DNA of 64,000 nucleotides from Candidatus Krumholzibacteriota bacterium (GTDB lineage: Bacteria > Krumholzibacteriota > Krumholzibacteriia > Krumholzibacteriales > Krumholzibacteriaceae), in contig JAFGCX010000011.1 of assembly GCA_016932415.1 (NCBI GenBank), positions 104,115-168,114 on the forward strand. The letters are read 5' to 3'. The position numbers were made by a program, and so were the translations under genes. This document shows, piece after piece, positions 19,303-28,907 of the stretch. Below the pieces are notes generated by a model. The model searched no databases. It saw only the letters and a list, made by a program, of their open reading frames with translations, and was not told where the DNA came from. Numbering within the stretch: position 1 is the first letter of the stretch; each line of letters opens with the position of its first letter.

Positions 19303-20282
19303 TGCTCGACAGTGTCCAGCAGCCTGCCAACGAGTTCATCGGCAGTGATTCCGTCTGCTTCGGCGTGGAAATTTGCCACAAGCCTGTGACGAAGTACCGG
19401 CCAGGCGACTTCCCGCACATCATCAATGTCCGGTGTCGTCCTGCCAGTCATAACCGCCCTGGTCTTTGCTCCGAGTATAAGATACTGCCCCGCCCTCGGG
19501 CCGGCTCCCCACGAAAGATACTTTCCCACGCCGGGAAAGGTTCCATCTCTGCTAGCCCGCACGAGCCTCACCGCGTAGGAGAGGATCTTTTTCGAGACCG
19601 GGACCTTCATTATCATCTTTTGGATTTCAACGATCTCTTCTCCGCCTATGATTTTCTCCGGTGTTTCGGGAAGAGCAGAGGTAGTAGTGTCGACGATCGC
19701 TAGCTCTTCCTGCTCAGAGGGATAATCGACCCTGATATTGAACATGAACCTGTCCAGCTGCGCCTCGGGCAGAGGATAGGTGCCTTCCAGCTCGATCGGA
19801 TTCTGCGTGGCAAGGACGAAAAACGGCCTTTCAAGCGCGTGCGTCATCCCGCCTACGGTGACATCGTACTCCTGCATCGCCTGCAGAAGGGCCGCCTGTG
19901 TTTTTGGAGGAGTCCTGTTGATCTCGTCGGCAAGGACTATATTCGAGAAGACAGGCCCCCTGATGAACCTGAATACCCTGCCGTGAGTCGATTTGTCTTC
20001 TTCGAGGACCTCGGTCCCCATGATATCGCTTGGCATCAGGTCTGGAGTGAACTGGATCCGGGAAAAGTCAAGGCCGAGACATTCTGCTACCGTCGAAACG
20101 AGAAGTGTCTTCGCAAGGCCGGGGACGCCGACGAGAAGACAGTGCCCGCCGGCGAAAAGCGCGGTGATCAGCTCGTCGACCACCCTGTCCTGCCCTATTA
20201 TTACTTTTGCGATCTCGGCCCTGAGCCTTCCATACGCGTCGGCGAACCGGGCAAGAATGATCTCTTCCTTGTTATGATCCAT
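19299..20282 (-). CDS. moxR: MoxR-family AAA+ ATPase
   Basis: GHCLLVGVPGLAKTLLVSTVAECLGLDFSRIQFTPDLMPSDIMGTEV is diagnostic for MoxR. Confidence 0.9.
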   Translation of the reverse strand: MDHNKEEIILARFADAYGRLRAEIAKVIIGQDRVVDELITALFAGGHCLLVGVPGLAKTLLVSTVAECLGLDFSRIQFTPDLMPSDIMGTEVLEEDKSTHGRVFRFIRGPVFSNIVLADEINRTPPKTQAALLQAMQEYDVTVGGMTHALERPFFVLATQNPIELEGTYPLPEAQLDRFMFNIRVDYPSEQEELAIVDTTTSALPETPEKIIGGEEIVEIQKMIMKVPVSKKILSYAVRLVRASRDGTFPGVGKYLSWGAGPRAGQYLILGAKTRAVMTGRTTPDIDDVREVAWPVLRHRLVANFHAEADGITADELVGRLLDTVEQ

Positions 20283-20307
20283 AGCTCCGGAGATCTCCCT
20301 GGCGACC

Positions 20308-22200
20308 TTAATTTGTCCTGTCGCTGTTTTTAAGGTGTCTGTCGAGAAATTTCAGGACAGCGCCGTACCCGGCCAGCCTGTTCTCCTTTTTAAGGAATCC
20401 GTGCCCTTCATCGTCGAATACCATATATTCTACTACCGCGCCGTTCCTTCTGGCCGCTTCGACGATCTCGTCCGATTCTATCTTGAAGACCCTCGGGTCA
20501 TTCGCGCCCTGCAGGACCATAAGAGGCCTTTTTATATTTTCGGCATGGAAAAGGGGCGAGATACTTTTCAGGTACTCTTCGTCTGTCTCCGGATCTCCGA
20601 TCTCCTTGTACAACGCGTCCCTGTAATTTTCCCACCAGGGTGGTATATTGCTCAAAGTCCTTACCCAGTTTGATATACCGAAGAGATCCACCCCCGCCGC
20701 GAACTCTTCCGGCTGGAACGCGAGAGCGGCAAGCACGATATATCCTCCATAGCTTCCTCCCAGTATCCCTATCCGGCCAGGATCGACATACCCCGTCTTG
20801 ATAAGCCAGTTTTTACCTTCGACGCAGTCTCGAAGGTCTCCGTTGCCATGGCTGTGGTCGTCCAAAGCGGAAAAACGCTTTCCATACCCGGAGCTTCCCC
20901 TGTTGTTCACCGCGAGGACGGCGTATCCATGATTTACAAGATACTGCAGCAGCGCCGAATACCCGACTCGCGCCTGCCCGCCCGGTCCGCCGTGAACGTA
21001 GACTATCGCTGGCACGCTCTCTCCTGGTTTTATCCCTTTCGGCTTGAAGTAAAGGGCAGGTATCACTTCGTCGTCAAACGACCTGTATCTTACGATCTCC
21101 GGTTCTACAAGATCGTTTCTGTTGATCTCCGGATTCATCGAATCTGTCAGCTTCCTGTACTTTCCCGTTTCGAAGTCATAGACGAAAAGGTTGTTCGTCG
21201 ATCTTGGATCGCTCAGATGGAACCTCATGTATCTTTCGCTTTTTGAAAACCCCACGGAAGATATGACGCCGTCTGGAAATGCTGGGAGCTCTACCAGCTC
21301 TCCCGTTTCTGTCCTGTAAATCCTGATCTCTGTCCTTCCGTCATTATTTATTCCCGTCGCCCGGTACGTTCCATTCCACGAGCAGTAGGAGAAGCTGATA
21401 TCCCAGTCGGCTTTTTCAACCGTCTCGCTCTTCCCGGTCGCCAGTTCGTATTTTTTCAGATATGTGAATTCGCTTTCCTCGTCTGTGAGATAATACAGGT
21501 AGTTCGAGTCCTTGCTGAACTCGAGAGGTGTATATATTATATCCCCGGTGTGTTCCGATATATGTCTCATCTCTCCTGTTTCGCGGTCATAGATGTACAT
21601 CTCGGTATCATGCTCTGTCAGCACTCTGGAGAAAGCCATATATCTCATGTCATCTGAGATCCAGGCGAAATTATATCCCGCGTCGTTGAGATATATCATC
21701 TTAGGAGTTAACGTCTCGATATCCATCAGGTAGATATCCATATACTTCGAGTCTCGCTTGTTCGATCCGAAAACGAAGTTATCCTCATTTTTCGTCCATC
21801 CATAGAAAAGCGCCCTCGCTTTTACCTCCGGAGTGAGATCTTCGATTATGCCGTCTTCATCGCGCAGGTATATATGGTATATCTCGTTTCCACCCTTGTC
21901 GCTCAGGTAGAGAAACCTGTTATCTTCCGGAAAATATGAAAGGGCGAAAACGGAATGTTTACGAGAATCCGTAAGCTGGTCGGCGGGGCCTCCACTTATC
22001 GGTATCCTGTAAGCGTTGAAGATCTTCGACTCGTCCATCGTCACCAGCAGGTTTTTCTCGTCATGCGAAAAATATCCGCCCGACACGATCACGTTATCCA
22101 TGAACTGTTCGATCGTGTATTCCCTGACACCTTTTTCCGCGCAGGATGATATCATCGCGGTCAGAACGAGAAGTATCGCAACCGATAGCCTGAATTTCAT
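20308..22200 (-). CDS. S9-family serine peptidase (prolyl oligopeptidase/dipeptidyl aminopeptidase-like) with N-terminal beta-propeller
   Basis: Catalytic GGSYGGY serine motif, C-terminal alpha/beta-hydrolase Asp/His region. Start moved to MKFRLSVAILLVLTAMISSC (signal/lipobox), preceded by GGAGGAGGAAAG. Track ORF runs to 22254. Confidence 0.8.
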   Translation of the reverse strand: MKFRLSVAILLVLTAMISSCAEKGVREYTIEQFMDNVIVSGGYFSHDEKNLLVTMDESKIFNAYRIPISGGPADQLTDSRKHSVFALSYFPEDNRFLYLSDKGGNEIYHIYLRDEDGIIEDLTPEVKARALFYGWTKNEDNFVFGSNKRDSKYMDIYLMDIETLTPKMIYLNDAGYNFAWISDDMRYMAFSRVLTEHDTEMYIYDRETGEMRHISEHTGDIIYTPLEFSKDSNYLYYLTDEESEFTYLKKYELATGKSETVEKADWDISFSYCSWNGTYRATGINNDGRTEIRIYRTETGELVELPAFPDGVISSVGFSKSERYMRFHLSDPRSTNNLFVYDFETGKYRKLTDSMNPEINRNDLVEPEIVRYRSFDDEVIPALYFKPKGIKPGESVPAIVYVHGGPGGQARVGYSALLQYLVNHGYAVLAVNNRGSSGYGKRFSALDDHSHGNGDLRDCVEGKNWLIKTGYVDPGRIGILGGSYGGYIVLAALAFQPEEFAAGVDLFGISNWVRTLSNIPPWWENYRDALYKEIGDPETDEEYLKSISPLFHAENIKRPLMVLQGANDPRVFKIESDEIVEAARRNGAVVEYMVFDDEGHGFLKKENRLAGYGAVLKFLDRHLKNSDRTN

Positions 22201-22337
22201 CTTTCCTCCTCCAGTCGCATTTATCACCTGTCCCCGGATATCTCCCCGCCCCATTATATTTATAAAGTATAATCGGATTATGTACCATTCTTTTTATCGC
22301 TTGCCCCCTGGCTTCTTCCCTTCCCCGCAGCGCAAAG

Positions 22338-24023
22338 CTAATCCCTCGTCAGCGACCTGTACTTGATCCGTTTCGGAATGTCGGCAGCCGAGCCGAGTCT
22401 TTCCCTCTTGTTACTTTCATATTCGGAAAAATTGCCCTCGAACCAGAAGGTCCTGCTGTCTCCCTCGAAAGAAAGTATGTGCGTCGCGATGCGGTCGAGA
22501 AACCACCTGTCGTGGCTTATGACAACGGCGCATCCCCCGAAATTCTCAAGCGCCTCTTCCAGGGCCCGCATCGTGTTGACGTCAAGATCGTTTGTGGGTT
22601 CATCAAGGAGTATGACATTCGCGCCCTCCTTCAGCACCATGGCAAGATTCACCCTGCCGCGTTCTCCGCCGGAGAGCTTGCCGACTTTTTTCGACTGGTC
22701 CGGTCCCGAGAAGTTGAACTTCGCCACGTACGCTCTGGAGTTCACCTCTCTGCCACCAAGCAGAATCGTCTCCTCGCCACCGGAGATCTGCTCCCATATC
22801 GATTTTTCCGGATCGAGAAGATCTCTCGACTGATCCACATACGCGAGCTTTACCGTCTCTCCAAGATGAATCTTCCCCGAGTCGGGAGCTTCCTCTCCCG
22901 TGATAAGCCTGAAAAGCGTCGTCTTTCCCGCTCCGTTGGCACCTATGACCCCCACGATCCCTCCCGGAGGCAGCGAAAAGTCTAGTCCGTCGAATATGAT
23001 CTTTCCGTCGTATGCCTTGCTCACTCCTTCAGCTTTGATCACAACACCTCCAAGCCTCGGACCCGGCGGTATGAAGAGCTCAAGAGATTTTCCCTTTTCA
23101 CTCCCTCCTTCACCCATAAGAGACTCGTACGCGTTGATCCTGGCCTTGGCTTTCGTATGGCGCGCTTTTGGCGTCATCTTTATCCATTCCAGTTCGCGCT
23201 GAAGGGTCTTGCGCCTCTGCGATTCGTGTCTTTCCTCCATCTCGAGACGTTTTTCCTTCTGATCCAGCCATGAAGAGTAATTCCCTTTCCAGGGAATCCC
23301 TTCTCCCCGGTCGAGTTCCAGGATCCATCCGGCGACATTATCAAGAAAATACCTGTCGTGGGTCACCGCGATGACGGTGCCGTCATACCCCTGAAGGTGG
23401 TGTTCGAGCCAAGCGATCGTCTCCGCGTCGAGGTGGTTCGTCGGTTCGTCAAGGAGAAGGATGTCGGGTTTCTGGAGAAGAAGCCTGCAGAGCGCGACTC
23501 TTCTTCTTTCCCCCCCTGAAATATGTTTGATGACCGTGTCCGGCGGCGGGCAGCGCAGGGCATCCATCGCCATTTCCAGCCTGGAATCGAGGTTCCACGC
23601 GTCAAGCGAGTCTATCTTTTCCTGAACAGCCCCCTGTCTTTCCAGAAGGGAGTTCATCTCCTCTTCGTCAAGGGGCTCGGCGAACCGCGCGCTTATTTCA
23701 TTGTACTCTTCGAGAAGCCTGACCGTTTCCCCGACCCCTTCCTGGACAGTCTCGCGGACCGTTTTCGTGTCGTCGAGACGAGGCTCCTGTTCAAGGAATC
23801 CTACTGTGTGCCCGGGGCTGAGGATCGTCTTTCCGTTGAACTCCCTGTCGACGCCGGCAAGTATCCTCAGCAGCGATGACTTGCCAGATCCGTTCAACCC
23901 GAGGACTCCGATCTTCGCTCCGTAAAAATACGAAAGGGAGATATCCTTCAATACCTGCCTGTTGTTATAGAATTTGCTTACTCCGATCATCGAATAAATG
24001 ATCTTGTTCGGTTCCGCGCTCAT
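22338..24023 (-). CDS. ettA: ABC-F translational throttle ATPase EttA
   Basis: Near-collinear with E. coli EttA: N-terminus NKIIYSMIGVSKFY, ISLSYFYGAKIGVLGLNGSGKSSLLRILAG, PtIM linker, second ABC domain, C-terminus KRIKYRSLTR. Start moved to MSAEPNK (ATG 24023) with an AGGGGAG SD. The track ORF includes a 78-aa upstream extension. Confidence 0.9.
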   Translation of the reverse strand: MSAEPNKIIYSMIGVSKFYNNRQVLKDISLSYFYGAKIGVLGLNGSGKSSLLRILAGVDREFNGKTILSPGHTVGFLEQEPRLDDTKTVRETVQEGVGETVRLLEEYNEISARFAEPLDEEEMNSLLERQGAVQEKIDSLDAWNLDSRLEMAMDALRCPPPDTVIKHISGGERRRVALCRLLLQKPDILLLDEPTNHLDAETIAWLEHHLQGYDGTVIAVTHDRYFLDNVAGWILELDRGEGIPWKGNYSSWLDQKEKRLEMEERHESQRRKTLQRELEWIKMTPKARHTKAKARINAYESLMGEGGSEKGKSLELFIPPGPRLGGVVIKAEGVSKAYDGKIIFDGLDFSLPPGGIVGVIGANGAGKTTLFRLITGEEAPDSGKIHLGETVKLAYVDQSRDLLDPEKSIWEQISGGEETILLGGREVNSRAYVAKFNFSGPDQSKKVGKLSGGERGRVNLAMVLKEGANVILLDEPTNDLDVNTMRALEEALENFGGCAVVISHDRWFLDRIATHILSFEGDSRTFWFEGNFSEYESNKRERLGSAADIPKRIKYRSLTRD

Positions 24024-24148
24024 ATTACTCCCCTGCCGCTGCCCGCGCAGCTTCTGAAAAAGAACGATATGTAAAGGGAGAGTAAACGCTTTCCCGCAAT
24101 AGTTCAATTCAAGAATTGAAACGGGTTCCGACAGGCAGGAAACTGTCT

Positions 24149-27100
24149 TTATCTGAGGAGGATCATCTTGCGCGACACTGCCTTTCCTTCCACCGAGAGT
24201 CTGCAGAAATACACCCCCGCGCTCGCGAGTCTGCGGCTTCCGTCTTTTCCGTCCCACCTTATCTCGTGAGGCCCGGCCTGGCAGCCGCGGTCGAGGAGCG
24301 ATCGGACAAGCCTTCCACCCGCGTCATATATATCGATCGTCACGGGAGCCTCGCTTGAAAGTTCAAAACAGATCGTCACAGAGGGATTGAAGGGATTTGG
24401 AAAAAGCCGCGAAATGACCGGGGCTGGAAGAGTTCCCGGATCATTCGCTCCTTGAAGCGAGATCACCATATCCGTTGAATTCGTGTTGACCGAGACGATC
24501 GACTTCCCACCGTGATGAAAGACAGGTGATATATTGCCTCCCGAATCATTTCTCCACTCCGGGATCAGCTCGCGCAAGCCCTCTGGATTTTCCATTCCGA
24601 AAATCTCGATCCTTCCTTCAGCTCCCGGACAGTATATCCTGCCTTCCGAGATCGACACGCCTGAATATCCATATCCTTCCATCGCCTTCCTCGAGAGGAT
24701 CCTTCCCCCGGTCATCTCCGCGGCGTACAGCGCGGCCGCAGGTGGCGCCGTGGCCATGAAAAAGATGACTCCTTTTTCTATATCAACGCAAGCCGGGCCT
24801 GACAAGGCTCCATCAAAATCACTTCTCCAGATCGAAGATCCATCTTCAAGCGCCAGCACCTGCAGGATACCTGTAGAAGATATCGTCACCAGCCGGCCAG
24901 CGTGACAGATCATCGGAGCGGCCAGCGCCCCCCCGGAGGATGCCATCCATTCGATGGCGCCTGTCGAGGCGTGGATCCCTTTCAGTATGCCGGCCTGTGT
25001 CGAATAAACGAGGAGGTCGCCGCTTCCCGCCGGGGGAAAAGGACTGACAGCATCGCCTTCGCCAGGACGATCCTCCCAGAGTTTCCTGCCAGTAAATGGA
25101 TCGAAGGCGCAGACCCTGTCAATTCCACCAGTCGCCCTGTCGTGAAAAGCGACAAAGACTTTATTGCCGTGGACGACCGGGTCTTTAGCCACGCTGGTCT
25201 GATTGCCGGCCTCTTCCTCCACCCCGGCCGACCAGACGATCTCCGAAGAGGCCTGGTCGATCGCGTGCAGATACCTCCCGCATGAAGCGAACAGGACTCC
25301 CTTGAACCACGCCAGATACCGGGCTCCCGATTCAGAGATCCCGGGGAGTTCTCTTTTCCAAACGATAGAACCGTCAGCGAGAGAAATAGAGTAGACCGAG
25401 TTATGTTCCCCTTCTCTTCTTGAAACAAAGACCCTCGTTCCGGCAACAAGTGGCTGGCAGAGAAGCGATCCTTCTCCATCGAGTCCGCTCTCCCACTCTT
25501 TTTCCAGAGGAGGCTCTGCCGATCCGTAAAAAAATCCTGTGTGTCCCGTTCCACCCTGGCAAGATATTCCCTCTCCTTCCATCCCGGGATCTCCCGCGTA
25601 GGAGATCCAGAGTGGTATGCTGCTGTTCAGTCTTAATCCGGGCCCTTCCACTTCAAGCCGAAGACGCGACAGGGGCGCCTCGGCAATCTCTCCGATCTCA
25701 AACTCGAATCTCAGCGTCGCCTCGGAATTGACGGAGTCGAACACGGCGTATTCCCATTCAGTAGCCGTCTCCCCGCCAAGAGTTGAAATATCGAGGGATC
25801 CCCGGATTACCGATAGCTCGCCGGAGTGGTCTTTGAGACCGACCAGGCAGGCGATCCTTTCTCCCCTCCCCGCTCCACCGTCTCCATCCCCCGAAAGCTC
25901 CCTGATACCGATGACTGTCCGCTCGAGAGTTATTTTTCCAGTGATGGGGATCATAAATTCGATCGACGTCTCTCCCTGGTCGCAGTCGAGGCTCAGGTTC
26001 ACGCTCACTGCCTGCCCGGCCAGGGCCTCTTCAGCGACTGCCATACGGAGATCTATCGCTGTCTCATCAGAAGAAGTCATATCCCCGATGAAAAATTCCT
26101 TTTCCGACACGATAGAAATATACGGATCCCCGGTATCGACAGTAAGCGAAGCGGAAGTGATCTCCCGCCAGACATTCTTGACTGTCAGGGTAACCATGGC
26201 TGTCTCTCCCCCCTCGACCACTCCGTCTCCGTCCCCCGAATATTCCGCGCATAGATACCCGGCGACAGAGACCTTTATGCCCGGTTCCCTTTCAAGCGCG
26301 AGATCTGCCCTTACAAGCCCCGCTCCGGTGAATTCTTCCAGCCCCGGAGTGGAGATATTTTCCGCTGTATTGAGGATCTGGTTTTTTATCAACTCCGAAG
26401 TCTCGTATAATCCCGAGCTTTTCAGGAGAGCGGCAGTCCCGCTTACGAAAGGAGCGGCTACTGAAGTGCCGCTTCTATATCCGAACAGGCCTCCGGGTTC
26501 GGTCGACAAGATCGAGATCCCAGGCGCCGCGCAATCGGTCCAGCCACCATATCCCGAGAAGATCGCCGGCAGATCATTCCTGTCAACCGCGCCAACGGCG
26601 AGGCACTCGTCAAAAGCTCCCGGGTATACCGGCTCGTCGCTCCCGTTATTGCCTGAAGAAGCTATGATTATGACTCCGGCGTCGCTCGCATCTTTCACGG
26701 CCAGGTAAAGAGGCCCGGAATAACTTCCGCCAAAAGACATATTTATTATGTCCGCTCCGTTTTCAACGGCATAATCGAGCGCTTCGCAAATATCGCTCTC
26801 TTTAAGTTCTCCCGCGCCATCCCGGCGTTTATACCCCGCCCTGAGTATCATAAGCCTGCAACGGGGCGCGATCCCCTCAGTGCCGATACCATTACCTGCC
26901 CGGGAAGAGATTATTCCACTTATGTGTGTCCCATGGCCATGGATATCATCGGGGATAGGATCAGGCGGCCCGGGATCCTCTCCCGCCGCTACTTCTTCCT
27001 CCGTCGCGCTCACGAAATCATATCCATGCAGATCGTCGACATATCCATTACCATCGTCATCGATTCCGGAAAGGCCAGCGGCTTCAGCGATATTTATCCA

Positions 27101-27499
27101 GAGATTCTCCATCAGATCGGGATGATCGAGATCGCACCCCGTATCTATTACGGCAACGACGACACTGCTGTCACCTTCAGTTATAGCCCGAGCCTTCTCT
27201 ACCCCGATCCGGATCTTTCCCCAGGAATAAGGCCACAACGGATCGTGAGTTTCCAGGCAGAGCGATGTCTTGTTTATTTTTTCCATTTCATCGGACCCCG
27301 CGGCAGAATTCCCGCCCTCCTCGATGAACCCGTACCTGATATCTTTCTCGCAGATAAAAAATCTATTTTCTCCGGTGTCGCCGGACCTTTCGAGCCTGGC
27401 CCGGTCTGAGTATCGAGGGCTCCCTCCCGCGGGAGGGATGCAAATGATTACCGCGGCAAGAAAAAAACAGTTTCTCGCAGGTCTTTTGATTATTTTCAA
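24149..27499 (-). CDS. Secreted multidomain protein: S8 subtilisin-like protease, PQQ-like beta-propeller repeats and a C-terminal T9SS/Por-secretion-tail-like sorting domain
   Basis: Subtilase triad motifs VAVIDTGCD, HGTHISGI, GTSVAAPFVSG. Repeated xGxxxWxxx beta-propeller blades. C-terminus FPNPFNPSVTI...IYDAGGRLVR...WDGKDGSRRLASAGVYFCRL...SRKMILLR. Confidence 0.85.
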   Translation of the reverse strand: MKIIKRPARNCFFLAAVIICIPPAGGSPRYSDRARLERSGDTGENRFFICEKDIRYGFIEEGGNSAAGSDEMEKINKTSLCLETHDPLWPYSWGKIRIGVEKARAITEGDSSVVVAVIDTGCDLDHPDLMENLWINIAEAAGLSGIDDDGNGYVDDLHGYDFVSATEEEVAAGEDPGPPDPIPDDIHGHGTHISGIISSRAGNGIGTEGIAPRCRLMILRAGYKRRDGAGELKESDICEALDYAVENGADIINMSFGGSYSGPLYLAVKDASDAGVIIIASSGNNGSDEPVYPGAFDECLAVGAVDRNDLPAIFSGYGGWTDCAAPGISILSTEPGGLFGYRSGTSVAAPFVSGTAALLKSSGLYETSELIKNQILNTAENISTPGLEEFTGAGLVRADLALEREPGIKVSVAGYLCAEYSGDGDGVVEGGETAMVTLTVKNVWREITSASLTVDTGDPYISIVSEKEFFIGDMTSSDETAIDLRMAVAEEALAGQAVSVNLSLDCDQGETSIEFMIPITGKITLERTVIGIRELSGDGDGGAGRGERIACLVGLKDHSGELSVIRGSLDISTLGGETATEWEYAVFDSVNSEATLRFEFEIGEIAEAPLSRLRLEVEGPGLRLNSSIPLWISYAGDPGMEGEGISCQGGTGHTGFFYGSAEPPLEKEWESGLDGEGSLLCQPLVAGTRVFVSRREGEHNSVYSISLADGSIVWKRELPGISESGARYLAWFKGVLFASCGRYLHAIDQASSEIVWSAGVEEEAGNQTSVAKDPVVHGNKVFVAFHDRATGGIDRVCAFDPFTGRKLWEDRPGEGDAVSPFPPAGSGDLLVYSTQAGILKGIHASTGAIEWMASSGGALAAPMICHAGRLVTISSTGILQVLALEDGSSIWRSDFDGALSGPACVDIEKGVIFFMATAPPAAALYAAEMTGGRILSRKAMEGYGYSGVSISEGRIYCPGAEGRIEIFGMENPEGLRELIPEWRNDSGGNISPVFHHGGKSIVSVNTNSTDMVISLQGANDPGTLPAPVISRLFPNPFNPSVTICFELSSEAPVTIDIYDAGGRLVRSLLDRGCQAGPHEIRWDGKDGSRRLASAGVYFCRLSVEGKAVSRKMILLR

Positions 27500-27792
27500 T
27501 TCGATCCTGACCGAAAATTAAGGAAATCTTTTTTTCTTACCTTTTTTCGTCCGAATCTGCCGATACTTGACTTTTTTCCTCCCCTTCCTTATGCAAACCA
27601 TCTCTCTCGGCAGCGCTGCCATTCGGCCAACGCGCGGCCTGCCATAATGGCGGTGTCGTCTTGTCAAAATGTGCCTTGTTGGCAGTGTTTTCGGGCGCCG
27701 CGGCAGCGCACGGAAAGGCCAAGCCCGGCCAGCCGCATGGATAACCGTCGTTACTCTTTGTTATTGATGCAATTAGGGTCTTCATTCTATTC

Positions 27793-27807
27793 TGGCACGC
27801 ATGATGC
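27793..27807 (+). promoter_or_regulatory. Candidate sigma54 (-24/-12) promoter TGGCACGcatgATGC upstream of hsp20
   Basis: Matches TGGCAC-N5-TTGC with the GG and GC dinucleotides correctly spaced and one mismatch in the -12 element. About 68 nt upstream of the hsp20 ATG, with a strong SD AAAGGAGGAAGAAG. Confidence 0.4.
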
Positions 27808-27874
27808 CATATACAGGAATGAAACTGCGGAACGTAAAAAGGTTATTTAGAGGTTTTTTAAAAGGAGGAAGAAG

Positions 27875-28321
27875 ATGAAACTCGTAAGATGGATGCCGAC
27901 ATCGAACCTCAACAGGTTTGAAGATGAAGTAAACGATATTTTCAGCAGTTTTTTCCCGGCCAGACTCGATTACGCGCAGGGTGGCGGGAGAAATTGGGTT
28001 CCAAGGGTCAACGTCAGGGAACTCGATGAAAAATTCGAACTCAGCGCCGAGATTCCGGGGATGGAAAAGGACGAACTTTCCATTGAAGTCCAGGAAAACA
28101 CCCTTACTATAAGGGGAGAGAAGAAGACGGAAGAGAAGATCGAGAACGAGAAAATGCATATAAAAGAGATCTTTCGGGGAAAATTCGAAAGGTCTTTCAA
28201 GCTTCCCGAAAACATCAAGGCAGACGATGTAGACGCGGAATACAAAAACGGCATGCTGATCGTCTCGATCCCAAAAACTGAACCGGCAAAACCCAAAGAG
28301 ATCAATGTAAAGATCAAGTAA
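27875..28321 (+). CDS. Small heat-shock protein, Hsp20/alpha-crystallin family
   Basis: Alpha-crystallin domain (WVPRVNVRELDEKFELSAEIPGMEKDELSIEVQENTLTIRGEK...FERSFKLPENIKADDVDAEYKNGMLIVSIPK). Confidence 0.9.
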   Translation: MKLVRWMPTSNLNRFEDEVNDIFSSFFPARLDYAQGGGRNWVPRVNVRELDEKFELSAEIPGMEKDELSIEVQENTLTIRGEKKTEEKIENEKMHIKEIFRGKFERSFKLPENIKADDVDAEYKNGMLIVSIPKTEPAKPKEINVKIK

Positions 28322-28340
28322 GCCGGCGAAGCCCAGCGAT

Positions 28341-28372
28341 GAAAAGGGCCGCTTTCCAGCGGCCCTTTTTTT
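28341..28372. terminator. Bidirectional Rho-independent terminator between convergent hsp20 and bactofilin genes
   Basis: GAAAA-GGGCCGCT-ttcc-AGCGGCCC-TTTTTTT: perfect 8-bp GC-rich stem, A-tract on one side and T-tract on the other. Confidence 0.7.
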
Positions 28373-28428
28373 ATCCCTGCCAAAGCTTGTTTCCGCTCTG
28401 GCCCTTCACAGACTCGTCCCGAAGTATC

Positions 28429-28905
28429 TTACTTCGCCCAGGCGTTAGCTGTATCTTTCTTTTCCTTTTCGTCTTTTTCGATCTTCGGCGCGGCAGAAGA
28501 GGACCTTCCATCAGGGCTCATCTTGCAGGAACCTTCAAAGAAGACACCTTCGTCAATAACGAGACGTGTCGTTTTAATATCACCTTCAAGCCTTGAGCCC
28601 GCCTGAAGTTCTATTTTTTCTCTCGCGTCGATATTGCCTGTCATCTCTCCGCCGATAACCGCGCTTGCGACTTTAACGTCGGCTTTTACCTTGCCGCCCT
28701 TACCGACAACCAGAGTACCAGGACAATTAACAGTCCCCTCGAACTCTCCATCGATCCTCAAAGTGCCATCCTTGACCTCTATCGTACCTTTTATGGTGCA
28801 CCCCTGCCCGATTATCGAGTTCATCTTTCCTTCAGTCACCATGATCTCACCTTCTTTCCCGAACTTTGAAAACCCCATCACTGGATTCTTTTTTTTCATT
28901 ATCAT
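28429..28905 (-). CDS. Bactofilin (DUF583, CcmA/BacA family cytoskeletal protein)
   Basis: Beta-helical repeat core typical of bactofilins (TIKGTIEVKDGTLRIDGEFEGTVNCPGTLVVGKGGKVKADVKV...) with a K/E-rich disordered C-tail. Confidence 0.85.
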   Translation of the reverse strand: MIMKKKNPVMGFSKFGKEGEIMVTEGKMNSIIGQGCTIKGTIEVKDGTLRIDGEFEGTVNCPGTLVVGKGGKVKADVKVASAVIGGEMTGNIDAREKIELQAGSRLEGDIKTTRLVIDEGVFFEGSCKMSPDGRSSSAAPKIEKDEKEKKDTANAWAK

Positions 28906-28907
28906 CC

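Noticed and set aside
24024-24148. AT-rich inverted repeat TTCAATTCaaGAATTGAA between ettA and the subtilase gene
   Set aside because: It could be an operator or a weak terminator, but there is no GC stem or T-tract, so support is too weak to call a feature.
27700-27740. GGAAAGGCCAAGCCCGGCC resembling the RNase P RNA P4 motif (GGAAAGTCCGGGCTCC)
   Set aside because: The match is only partial, and the surrounding 375-nt region lacks the other conserved RNase P RNA elements. No tmRNA, SRP or 6S signatures were seen either.
27537-27785. 82-aa minus-strand ORF upstream of the subtilase gene
   Set aside because: Low-complexity, Ala/Pro-rich translation of a GC-rich palindromic intergenic region that more plausibly holds promoter or enhancer elements. 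No SD and no homology features.
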